IMG/VR virus record: IMGVR_UViG_3300025896_000021 | DNA from: a virus | Taxonomy: Duplodnaviria > Heunggongvirae > Uroviricota > Caudoviricetes | Length of the DNA stretch: 64,000 nt | Direction: 5' to 3' (one strand) | Part shown: positions 46,948 to 55,704 of the stretch, piece after piece | Position numbering within the stretch: the first letter of the stretch is position 1 | Layout: the number at the start of each line of letters is the position of its first letter | Notes under the pieces: model-generated | Seen by the model: the letters and a program-made list of their open reading frames with translations, nothing else | The model's database searches: none | What the model was told of the DNA's origin: nothing | Position numbers and translations under genes: made by a program

Positions 46948-49470
46948 TTAAACGTTAGTTAACAACCAGCCCTGAGTGCTATTGTAATATGCTAATGTAA
47001 ATGCTGCTCTATCAGTAGTAACTACCATATCGCTTGCATCACCTTGAATCTTGCCACCGTTACGTGCAATAGTGATAGCATGAGTGCTTGAATTACCAGT
47101 ACCATCGATGATAGAAATTTCGTCACCTAATGTAGCGGTAGCAGGCAAAGTCAATGTAATGTTTGCAGTTGTTGTGTCTACGATATACTTATATGCAACA
47201 GCCATTGATACGTTAGCAGTTACTTCAGAGTAAGTATAGCTTACACCACCACCGCCGCCGCCGCTACCACCAGTGCCGCCAGTAACAGTTGTAATTTCAA
47301 CTGTTGCTCCTGTTGGAGGGGCTTCACTGAATGTAATAACCGCTGCCAATACACTGTATGTGCTTCTTGGTTGCAATACACCACCGATAGCTACGATTGT
47401 ATAATCAACACTTGCAGGAGTAGCAGCTAGTGTCTTCATTGTCCAGCTACCGTCACCAGTGAATGTATCTACAATCATAGTAGTAGTTGACAATGCTGTC
47501 CAACTTAAGTTACCTGTTCCGTCAGTCTTCAGCACATAGTCTGCACTACCACCTGAGATTGCGATATTAGCTACTGCACCTAAGTTAGTAGTACCGGATA
47601 CTGCTAAACTAGTTAATGTACCAACGCTTGTGATTCCAGTTTGTGCTGCTGTAGTCAAATTACCTGCAACAGATGTTGCAGTCACTACGTTAGTAGTGAT
47701 ACCGGTCGCTGTTACAATAACTACGTTACCAGTCCCACCAACTGCCATAGTAATATTACCATTAGCTGTCGTAATGTCTACATTACTTGTTCCGTTTGCT
47801 GTCTTTGTTGCAGTACCGCCTGAAGCAACAACACCTGTCAATAGACTACCGTTACCAATGAAGTAATTAGATGTTACTGCGTTACCTAGATTTGCATCAC
47901 CTGCTTTAATTTTACCTAATGTACCGACAGTTACTGTATTGTCAGTTACTGAAACATTGCTAGCAAAGGTGAACTCTTTATCAGTGTTCATCCAACCCAT
48001 GAACGCATCTTTCACACCACCATCATAGTAATGTAATAACTGACCACGTTCTTTACCATCATTAGTTGATAACACAGCACCGTTCGCGCCACCACCCAGT
48101 TCAAAGATAGGGTCTACGATTTGCGTTACAGTTGAGTTAACTGTAGTTGTTGTTCCGGTAACAGTCAAGTTACCTGCGATAGTAGTATCACCTGAAGTAA
48201 GTGATCCAGTAACAGCCAGTGAAGTTAATGTACCGACAGACGTGATATTTGGTTGTGCAGCAGTATATACAGTACCCGCAACTAATGCGTTACCAACTTG
48301 TCCAGAAACGTTAGCTCCTGCTACTGCATTAGCTGTAGCTGCAAATGCAACTTCACCTGTTACGTTAGCACCAGCAACTGCATTAGCTGTAGCTGCAAAT
48401 GCAACTTCACCTGTTACGTTAGCACCAGTGATACTGCTCAATGCACTACCGTTACCAATAACGTAACTACCTGTTACGTTACCTGACGCAGTGATATATC
48501 CTGTAGCATTCACTCCAGTTGCAGTTACGGTCACTACATCTGCTGTACCGCCGATGCCAATTGTGACATTTCCATTAGCAGTTGCGATATTTACATTACT
48601 TGTTCCGTTTGCTGTCTTTGTTGCAGTACCACCTGAAGCAACAACACCTGTCAATAGGCTACCGTTACCAGTGAAATAACTTGCTGATACGTTGCCAGTA
48701 ACATCTAAACTAGTTAGTGTACCAACACTAGTAATAGCGGGTTGTGCAGCAGTATATACTGTACCTGCAACTAATGCATTACCTACTTGACCGCTTACAT
48801 TAGCACCTGCTACTGCATTAGCTGTAGCTGCAAATGCAACTTCACCTGAAACGTTTGCACCAGCAACTGCATTAGCTGTGCCTGCATATGTTGCATTAGC
48901 TACAGTGCCAGTTACATTAGCGCCGGCGATAGCAGATAAACCTGAACCATTACCTGCAAAGTTAGTAGCAGTCAATGTATTTGTGGTCGTGTCAAATGTT
49001 AAATTAGCACTACCTGATAGATTGGTTCCATCATTGAATTGAATCTGAGTATTACTTCCACCTACATTAGCATTACCTGTACCAGATGCTGCTGCTCCCC
49101 ATGTCAAGTTACCAGAACCGTCTGTTTTTAATACATATCCAGTAGTACCGCCAGTAATCTTAACGTTAGCGACTGCACCTAAATCAGTTGCACCTGATAC
49201 TGTCAAGCTAGTTAATGTACCAGTACTCGTAATATTAGGCTGAGCAGCAGTATATACTGTTCCAGCTACTAATGCATTACCAACCTGACCGGTTACATTA
49301 GCACCGGTTAGTGAAGTAAGTAAACTTCCATTACCGCTGAAGTAGTTAGATGTTGCTAAATTGCCTAATGTGGCATTTCCTGCAACTAGATTGCTAGTGA
49401 TATTCGCATTCGCAAACGTGAATAATTCAGCAGTATCAATACTGAACGGTTTAATTTTTAAAATTGACAT
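46948..49470 (-). CDS. 840-aa fibre protein with FTGDG domain and C-terminal T4 gp9/gp10-like attachment domain
   Basis: AAGGGAA RBS; MSILKIKP start; shaft repeats; DPIFELGGGANG; VDTFTGDG; terminal YIVDTT..ITLTLPA...GDEISIID...ITIARNG.KIQG...AAFTLAY...QGWLL. The gp9/gp10-like call is from motif memory. Confidence 0.85.
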   Translation of the reverse strand: MSILKIKPFSIDTAELFTFANANITSNLVAGNATLGNLATSNYFSGNGSLLTSLTGANVTGQVGNALVAGTVYTAAQPNITSTGTLTSLTVSGATDLGAVANVKITGGTTGYVLKTDGSGNLTWGAAASGTGNANVGGSNTQIQFNDGTNLSGSANLTFDTTTNTLTATNFAGNGSGLSAIAGANVTGTVANATYAGTANAVAGANVSGEVAFAATANAVAGANVSGQVGNALVAGTVYTAAQPAITSVGTLTSLDVTGNVSASYFTGNGSLLTGVVASGGTATKTANGTSNVNIATANGNVTIGIGGTADVVTVTATGVNATGYITASGNVTGSYVIGNGSALSSITGANVTGEVAFAATANAVAGANVTGEVAFAATANAVAGANVSGQVGNALVAGTVYTAAQPNITSVGTLTSLAVTGSLTSGDTTIAGNLTVTGTTTTVNSTVTQIVDPIFELGGGANGAVLSTNDGKERGQLLHYYDGGVKDAFMGWMNTDKEFTFASNVSVTDNTVTVGTLGKIKAGDANLGNAVTSNYFIGNGSLLTGVVASGGTATKTANGTSNVDITTANGNITMAVGGTGNVVIVTATGITTNVVTATSVAGNLTTAAQTGITSVGTLTSLAVSGTTNLGAVANIAISGGSADYVLKTDGTGNLSWTALSTTTMIVDTFTGDGSWTMKTLAATPASVDYTIVAIGGVLQPRSTYSVLAAVITFSEAPPTGATVEITTVTGGTGGSGGGGGGVSYTYSEVTANVSMAVAYKYIVDTTTANITLTLPATATLGDEISIIDGTGNSSTHAITIARNGGKIQGDASDMVVTTDRAAFTLAYYNSTQGWLLTNV

Positions 49471-49494
49471 GAAAGTTCCCTTTTCTCTTTATTA

Positions 49495-49502
49495 TATTTA
49501 TC
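49495..49502 (-). promoter_or_regulatory. Putative T4-late-like promoter GATAAATA
   Basis: Intergenic, upstream of the RBS of the 840-aa gene. Confidence 0.65.
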
Positions 49503-49505
49503 TGT

Positions 49506-49856
49506 TTATGGTGTAGTTAGTTCTACCCAATTTAATGCATCTTCATCCCAAGTATACATTTTACCTTCTACTACGGGCATTGCTACTGGAGCACCCCATA
49601 CACATGTTGATTCGTTCAATAACCAACTATTGAATGGCTGAGGTGCATAAAATGCATCTCGTTCACTATCGTATGTATAACCAATTCCAGCGTAGTTCTT
49701 ACGCAATGGAGTTCCACCGTTGACGTGTTCGCCACCGTATGTATTATAGCTAGTTTGTACCCAGCCTGTTCCAAATAACCCAGTATCGATCACATCTTGT
49801 TCTGCTACGATGACTTGTGTTACTGTTCCGTTTTCTACTTTTGCAAAATGACTCAT
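49506..49856 (-). CDS. 116-aa acidic protein, candidate chaperone for glycine-rich adhesin modules (start re-assigned)
   Basis: AAAGGAAA precedes the ATG at 49856 (MSHFAKVENG..VIVAEQ..WVQTSYN..LRKNYAGIGY.YD..RDAF..PQP..SW.L). The track's 49901 start overlaps the upstream gene. Confidence 0.85.
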   Translation of the reverse strand: MSHFAKVENGTVTQVIVAEQDVIDTGLFGTGWVQTSYNTYGGEHVNGGTPLRKNYAGIGYTYDSERDAFYAPQPFNSWLLNESTCVWGAPVAMPVVEGKMYTWDEDALNWVELTTP

Positions 49857-49870
49857 ATTATTTCCTTTAT

Positions 49871-50731
49871 TTAAAATGTGATTGAACCTGAGCTGGTCCA
49901 TGCGTAAATCCTATATCCACCTGAAACTGTTATTGTCGGCGATCCCGTTGTAGCTGCTGCTGATGCATGGGTGTCTGCGTAACGAATGATAACGATACCG
50001 GAGCCACCGGAGCCGCCCGGTAGAACAGCAGTAGAATAACCGCCGCCCCCGCCACCGCCGCCAGTATTAGTAGTTCCCGGCGATGCTGTAAAATTTAAAC
50101 CACCGCCTTTGCCACCTCCACCAGTACCTCCAGAACTTTGCCCGGTGTAGCCACCGCTGCCGCCTCCACCTGCATAAGTTACCGAAGCCCCGGATATCAG
50201 TGAAGTCAGCCCGTTTCCGCCTAACCCAGTTCCTACAGCGCCGCCACCTTCAGCCCCGACTGCGCCAGCGCCACCACCGCCGCCTGCATAATAATTACCA
50301 CCCCCGGTAAATCTTCCGCCATTTTTGCCTTGACCAACAATACCGGTGCCGCCAAGAATAGCTACTTGATCGTTAGTACCAGCGCCGCCACCTGATCCAC
50401 CATTTTTACCAGCCGCTGATCGGGCGTCATTACTTGGACCGCCACCGCCGCCGGCTGTTGCAATTATACTACTAAACCCCGAATCATTTCCATTATTAGT
50501 ACCAGCGCCACCGGTTAATCCAGTGCCACCTGCACCTACAGTGACTGTCAACTCAATTCCAGGGGATATAGCAAATCCAGTAGCGGTTAAATAGCCGCCC
50601 GCGCCACCGCCGCCACCATATGCGCCACCTGATCCGCCGCCAGCAACCACTAGATATTCCACTGGTATACTAGATGACCCAACTGATAATGATATGCCAC
50701 CGCCAAAAGTTATTCCTGCTCCGATATTCAT
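49871..50731 (-). CDS. 286-aa stand-alone glycine-rich adhesin-like protein
   Basis: One canonical module: VEYLVVAGGG...GGSGIVIIRY...TTGSPTITVSGGYRIYAWTSSGSITF, after a short MNIGAGITFGGGISL leader. Confidence 0.88.
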   Translation of the reverse strand: MNIGAGITFGGGISLSVGSSSIPVEYLVVAGGGSGGAYGGGGGAGGYLTATGFAISPGIELTVTVGAGGTGLTGGAGTNNGNDSGFSSIIATAGGGGGPSNDARSAAGKNGGSGGGAGTNDQVAILGGTGIVGQGKNGGRFTGGGNYYAGGGGGAGAVGAEGGGAVGTGLGGNGLTSLISGASVTYAGGGGSGGYTGQSSGGTGGGGKGGGLNFTASPGTTNTGGGGGGGGYSTAVLPGGSGGSGIVIIRYADTHASAAATTGSPTITVSGGYRIYAWTSSGSITF

Positions 50732-50732
50732 G

Positions 50733-51704
50733 TTAACTTAGCCCCAATGTAGTGATTTCAATGAATGCAGTATCAGGTGGTGCCGAACTAAACGTAAGCA
50801 CTGCTCCTTCAAGTATGTAAGCACTCTTTGGTTGCATAATACCCTGAATCACAGCGAATGTAAAGTTCTTACTTGTTGGGATAACAGACAATACAAATTG
50901 TGTTTGTATACCAGTTCCAGTAAACTCATCTACCGCAGAACTTAATGTAGGTGCTGCTGGAGTGTTGAAACTTAGCACACCACTACCGTTAGTAGTTATT
51001 ACTTGTCCATTACTTCCACCAGTAATTGTAATGTTACCAATAGCTCCTAAATTAGTAGATCCTGATACGCTTAAGTTAGCTAGTATTCCGACACTAGTAA
51101 TATTTGGTTGTGCGTTTGATGTTACTGTTGCTGCACTTGATGCAGCGACGCCGGTCAATGAACTACCATTACCAACGAAATAGCTAGCTCTTAAATTACC
51201 TAAAGTGTTTATGGTAACTGCGTTGTTATTGACGCTTGCGTTACTTGCAAATACGAATTCACTGTTAGCAGTTTGCCAACCCATGAACGCATCCACTGCA
51301 GCGGTAGTATAATAATGAAGTAATGTACCGCGATCTTTATTATCGTTAGTCGTTAGCGGGGTACCGTTAGCGGCTCCACCTTGTTCAATCAATGCATCTT
51401 TGACGTACAAGTTAGTTACGTTGACGTATTCGACATTGCCGCCAACAGTTAAATTACCAGAGATAGCAGTATCACCGGTTACTGTTAGTAAACTAGTTGC
51501 ACTATCAAACGTGAAGTTGCTATTAGCACCCAATGCTCCTGCATTGTTATACTGAATATAAGTATTGCTACCCGCAGCAGATGCTACAGCAGAACCACCG
51601 GTTAGTGCCGCGTCAACATATGATTTAGTTGCCGCGTCAGTACTATCAGTTGGGCCGGATAGATTCTTAAGCTGCGTCGGTGAGGGGAATATTAATGCTG
51701 CCAT
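50733..51704 (-). CDS. 323-aa fibre segment ending in an FTGxG domain
   Basis: DAATKSYVD, GSNTYIQYN, DALIEQGGAANG, QPNITSVG, terminal VDEFTGTG...LTFSSAPP...IEITT. Confidence 0.87.
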   Translation of the reverse strand: MAALIFPSPTQLKNLSGPTDSTDAATKSYVDAALTGGSAVASAAGSNTYIQYNNAGALGANSNFTFDSATSLLTVTGDTAISGNLTVGGNVEYVNVTNLYVKDALIEQGGAANGTPLTTNDNKDRGTLLHYYTTAAVDAFMGWQTANSEFVFASNASVNNNAVTINTLGNLRASYFVGNGSSLTGVAASSAATVTSNAQPNITSVGILANLSVSGSTNLGAIGNITITGGSNGQVITTNGSGVLSFNTPAAPTLSSAVDEFTGTGIQTQFVLSVIPTSKNFTFAVIQGIMQPKSAYILEGAVLTFSSAPPDTAFIEITTLGLS

Positions 51705-51705
51705 T

Positions 51706-54153
51706 TTATGAAGTGGTCAAAACAGTTGTAACTTGACTAAAGTTAGTAAATCCCCACACACGATACGCTTGCCCGGATATAGTAATATTACCGGACGCAT
51801 CGGGTGTATCTACAATGTCTGAACCTAAGAAAATGTGTTTGAAAGTATGTGCGGTGTTGTTCGGCGTAGCTAACCATAGATAGTTAGACGCAGTAGTAGT
51901 TGTATTTGCTCCTTGACCTGTTGCGAAATTGTTACTGTTACGACTGTCACTTGTTGTAAAAGAAGGGATAGTGCTATTTGCCGTTGTTTTCCAGAACAAC
52001 GGATAATATTTTGTTGCTGCTGCTACTGTTCCAGTAACTGCTGTTGGGATAGTTCTTTGTCCTGCACCGAATCCACCTGTACCATTATAGTCAGATGAAG
52101 TTATTGTGTACACATAAGTGCTATCTACTGAAGGGCTAGTACCTGATACTGCACCGGTCGTTGTTAGTGAACCGCTGATGCTAGCAGTTGCATTTGAATA
52201 CGTTACGTTACCAGTTATACCCGTAGCTCCTGCGGTAGTAGTTGCATTCCAGTTGAATGTTTGATTCAAGCTCCAATAAGGAACTGTACTACTAGTTAGT
52301 GTACCTGATAGTGCAGTAACGTTAAACGGTACTGGTTGATTGTTTGTTAGTGTGGTGCCACTACTAGTTTGTAAGCCACGGTTAGTTGTTAAGCTGACTG
52401 ATACAGTATCAGTTGCTTGAGTTTGAACTGTAGTGCTTAACATGCTACTTGGAATAGTATATGTACCGCCGGTACCTGTAATACCCAATCCAGTTAGATT
52501 TGAACCAGTAACAGTAGAACCGTTAATTGTAATTGTGTCGCTAGCTTGGATACTAAAAGTAGCATTAGCTAAAGTTAATGTTATTGCAACGTTCTGAGTA
52601 TTGATAGTGCCAGCGATGAAGTTTGCATATGCATTCTTGCTAGTTCCACCACTAGCCCATACATCAGTTGTACTTAATGAAATTGGACCCAATTGATCTA
52701 GCGTAAATACTCCACCTGGATATGTAAGATTAGAGTAGTCAACTGAGAAATTAAGTGCAGAACCCACGACAATACTTGTTACATTTGATGTTACTAATAC
52801 ATTAGCGGCTCCGCCTAATGCTGTGCTTCCGGCAACCCATGATAAGTTACCAGCACCATCAGTACTCAATACATAATTACTAGTACCACCTGAGATGTGT
52901 ACATTACTTACAGTACCTAACGATACGTTACCCGATACGCTTAGGTTGCTTAATGTACCTAAACTAGTAATATTTGGTTGAGCGTTAGTGGTTAGTGTTC
53001 CTGTAAAGTAGTTCGCAATGACCACATTACCTAAATTCGCACTAGTTGCAGTGATATTCCCTGTGCTGATAGCATCACTAGAAACTGTCGTGTTGCCAGT
53101 TGTTATACCATTACTCGTAACGCTTGTATTACCTGTTGTTACAGTAGTTGTCGTAATAGTACTGCCAGTAACTGTCGTGTTACCAGTAGTCAATCCAGTT
53201 GAGCTTACAGTTGTGTTCCCTGTGGTTACACCTGTACTTGTTACACTAGTGTTACCAGTAGAAATCCCGTTGCTAGTAATCGATGTGTTACCAGTTGTTA
53301 AACCAGTATCAGTGATGCTGGTGTTACCAGTAGTTACTGTTGTTGTAGTAACTGTGTTGCCTGTGACCGAAGTATTGCCAGTTGTTAAACCAGTTGAGCT
53401 AATACTAGTATTACCAGTTGTAAGGCCCGTAGTACTTACAGTAGTATTACCTGTTGTTACTCCGGCATTGCTAATACTAGTATTACCGGTGGTTACCGTA
53501 GTGGTAGTTACTGTATTACCAGTAACGCTCGTGTTGCCAGTAGTCAGTCCGGTTGAGCTAACTGTAGTGTTACCGGTAGTTACTCCATTTGAAGTAATAG
53601 CAGTATTGCCAGTAGTCAGTCCAGTTGTGCTAACTGTAGTGTTACCTGTAGTGACACCAGTGGTACTAATTGTTGTGTTACCGGTAGTTAATCCAGTATC
53701 AGTGATACTTGTGTTACCGGTAGTTACTGTCGTAGTAGTTACCGTATTACCAGTAACACTAGTATTACCAGTAGTCAGTCCAGTTGTACTAACTGTAGTG
53801 TTACCTGTAGTGACGCCGGTTGTACTAACAGTTGTATTACCAGTAGTGACACCAGTCGTACTAATAGTTGTGTTACCGGTAGTTAATCCAGTATCAGTGA
53901 TACTTGTGTTACCGGTAGTTACTGTCGTAGTAGTTACCGTATTACCAGTAACACTAGTATTACCAGTAGAAATTCCGTTACTACTAACTACAGTGTTACC
54001 AGTGGTAACTGCACCGTTCGATATAGCGACATTAGCAATAGTTGTACTAACTACTGCGGTCTTTGTCCATGAGTATTTTGTCGAGCTATAGACATAGGTA
54101 TATCCACCTGATACATAGGTTTGACCATTATACGCGGGGGATGGAAATGCCAT
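51706..54153 (-). CDS. 815-aa fibre protein with TTGNT repeats and a globular C-terminal region
   Basis: AAGGAA RBS; MAFPSPAYNGQTY..Y.Y....W start; ~310 aa of TTGNT repeats. Confidence 0.87.
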   Translation of the reverse strand: MAFPSPAYNGQTYVSGGYTYVYSSTKYSWTKTAVVSTTIANVAISNGAVTTGNTVVSSNGISTGNTSVTGNTVTTTTVTTGNTSITDTGLTTGNTTISTTGVTTGNTTVSTTGVTTGNTTVSTTGLTTGNTSVTGNTVTTTTVTTGNTSITDTGLTTGNTTISTTGVTTGNTTVSTTGLTTGNTAITSNGVTTGNTTVSSTGLTTGNTSVTGNTVTTTTVTTGNTSISNAGVTTGNTTVSTTGLTTGNTSISSTGLTTGNTSVTGNTVTTTTVTTGNTSITDTGLTTGNTSITSNGISTGNTSVTSTGVTTGNTTVSSTGLTTGNTTVTGSTITTTTVTTGNTSVTSNGITTGNTTVSSDAISTGNITATSANLGNVVIANYFTGTLTTNAQPNITSLGTLSNLSVSGNVSLGTVSNVHISGGTSNYVLSTDGAGNLSWVAGSTALGGAANVLVTSNVTSIVVGSALNFSVDYSNLTYPGGVFTLDQLGPISLSTTDVWASGGTSKNAYANFIAGTINTQNVAITLTLANATFSIQASDTITINGSTVTGSNLTGLGITGTGGTYTIPSSMLSTTVQTQATDTVSVSLTTNRGLQTSSGTTLTNNQPVPFNVTALSGTLTSSTVPYWSLNQTFNWNATTTAGATGITGNVTYSNATASISGSLTTTGAVSGTSPSVDSTYVYTITSSDYNGTGGFGAGQRTIPTAVTGTVAAATKYYPLFWKTTANSTIPSFTTSDSRNSNNFATGQGANTTTTASNYLWLATPNNTAHTFKHIFLGSDIVDTPDASGNITISGQAYRVWGFTNFSQVTTVLTTS
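53060..54010 (-). repeat. Coding tandem repeat TTGNT[ST][VI][ST]xxG[LV] (12 aa) with 17-aa variants
   Basis: Seen in translation; includes an exact 103-bp duplication, 53672-53774 = 53867-53969. Confidence 0.95.
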
Positions 54154-54166
54154 TTATATATGTTCC

Positions 54167-55438
54167 TTAAAAAGTCGGTGGTAAAAAGTCGTAGAAGAAA
54201 TCACTAGTACCATCAGTGACCCACATGTATAATCGTTGTTCGCCATCGTCCCCGATGTAGAACCAACAATCACCGTAATTAGGATCAATTGATTGTGCTT
54301 GCGGTGGTGCATTTCCTGAGTAGAACTTACTTGCCCATGCAGAAGTATTATCTCCTCTTGAAGTCAATAATTGACCTACGCTACCAAAACTTCCTCCTAG
54401 CGAGATTCCATTACCTAAAGTAATATTACCATCAACGCTTAAGTTATTTAGTGTACCTACACTAGTGATGTTAGGTTGTGCATTTGTATACACTGTCCCA
54501 GCAACTATACTGTTTTGTACTTGCTGTGTCCAATTTAAATTACCAGTACCATCAGTAGATAATACATATCCAGTGTCTCCACCTGTAATTTTTACTGTAC
54601 CTACATTACCAAATGTCTTCAGCCCACTAACAGTTAGTGTACTCAATGTACCTACACTAGTAATATTTGGTTGACTTGCTGTTGTTAGTGTACCAGTTAA
54701 CGTGTTTGCACTGATATCGTTCGTTACCGATAGTGAAGTTAATGTACCTACACTAGTAATATTTGGTTGAGCATTGCTAGTCACAGTGACTGCGGTGTTT
54801 GCATTAGTTGCATTACCACTTAAGTCACCGATAAAGATGTTAGCTCTTAAATTTCCTAATTGATTTATCGTAACATTGTTATCCACAATGCTTACGTTAC
54901 TTGCTACGACAAATTCGCTGTTTGCATTCTTCCAACCGATAAATGCATCGATTGCAGAACCATCATAATAATGCAACAGGGATCCGCGATCTCTGTTGTC
55001 GTCTGTTGTTAGCGGGGCGCCATTTGCATCGCCGCCTTGCTCAATAATTGAGTCTTTGATGTAAAGATTAGTTACGTTAGTGTATTCTAATGTTCCACCT
55101 ACAGTCAAGTTACCCGAAAATACTGCATCACCTGCAGATAATTCACCAGTGTATGTTGGTAGATAACTAGCTACGTTAGCGTTACCGTAAGTTGATGTGA
55201 TGCCAGTTAGAAAACTGCCATTACCTATAAAATAGTTTCCGCGTACTGCATTGCCCAAATTAGCATTAAGAGATACGATATTCCCAGAACTAACAACATT
55301 ACCAGTAACGCCAATACCACCGGCTACTTTTAAAGCACCAGTGGTGTTGCTTGTGGATGCATCTTCACCGCTGATAACCAATACGGTATCAACAGTTGCG
55401 TTTCCATAAATTCTAGTACCTGATCGTAATAATGCCAT
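54167..55438 (-). CDS. 423-aa fibre segment
   Basis: MALLRSGTRIYG start; TGALKVAGGIG; DSIIEQGG; QPNITSVGTL x3; terminal P.YGDCWF...LYMW.TDG...FFYDFLPP. Confidence 0.87.
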   Translation of the reverse strand: MALLRSGTRIYGNATVDTVLVISGEDASTSNTTGALKVAGGIGVTGNVVSSGNIVSLNANLGNAVRGNYFIGNGSFLTGITSTYGNANVASYLPTYTGELSAGDAVFSGNLTVGGTLEYTNVTNLYIKDSIIEQGGDANGAPLTTDDNRDRGSLLHYYDGSAIDAFIGWKNANSEFVVASNVSIVDNNVTINQLGNLRANIFIGDLSGNATNANTAVTVTSNAQPNITSVGTLTSLSVTNDISANTLTGTLTTASQPNITSVGTLSTLTVSGLKTFGNVGTVKITGGDTGYVLSTDGTGNLNWTQQVQNSIVAGTVYTNAQPNITSVGTLNNLSVDGNITLGNGISLGGSFGSVGQLLTSRGDNTSAWASKFYSGNAPPQAQSIDPNYGDCWFYIGDDGEQRLYMWVTDGTSDFFYDFLPPTF

Positions 55439-55459
55439 CTTTTTCCGCCTTACATATAC

Positions 55460-55693
55460 TTATGTAATTCCTGTGACCTCGTCAAAAACTCCAGAAATTT
55501 TAAGTACACCCGTATTTAGCTGTTGCATAGCCATGCCATTTTCAGGGCCAGTATATTCATCCAAAGTATAAGCAAACACCCCATTAGGGGTGATGCTTAT
55601 GTTGCTTTGACTAATTTCGTTAAACCCTACACTACCAGTAGTAGTAGTGTAGAGTGTGCCGTTGTTGTTTAATCTAGCTGCGACATTAGACAT
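55460..55693 (-). CDS. 77-aa putative connector protein
   Basis: MSNVAARLNNNGTL...LDEYT...MQQ..TG.LKISGVFDEVTGI; paralogous to both ends of the 311-aa protein. Confidence 0.82.
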   Translation of the reverse strand: MSNVAARLNNNGTLYTTTTGSVGFNEISQSNISITPNGVFAYTLDEYTGPENGMAMQQLNTGVLKISGVFDEVTGIT

Positions 55694-55704
55694 TTCACTT
55701 CCAA

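Noticed and set aside
49857-49901. Longer 131-aa start for the small acidic gene
   Set aside because: It overlaps the upstream gene; a strong SD sits before the ATG at 49856.
2337-50731. Gly-rich segments as PE-PGRS, collagen or horizontally acquired GC-rich islands
   Set aside because: No PE domain or Gly-X-Y periodicity; local GC rise follows from Gly/Ala codons.
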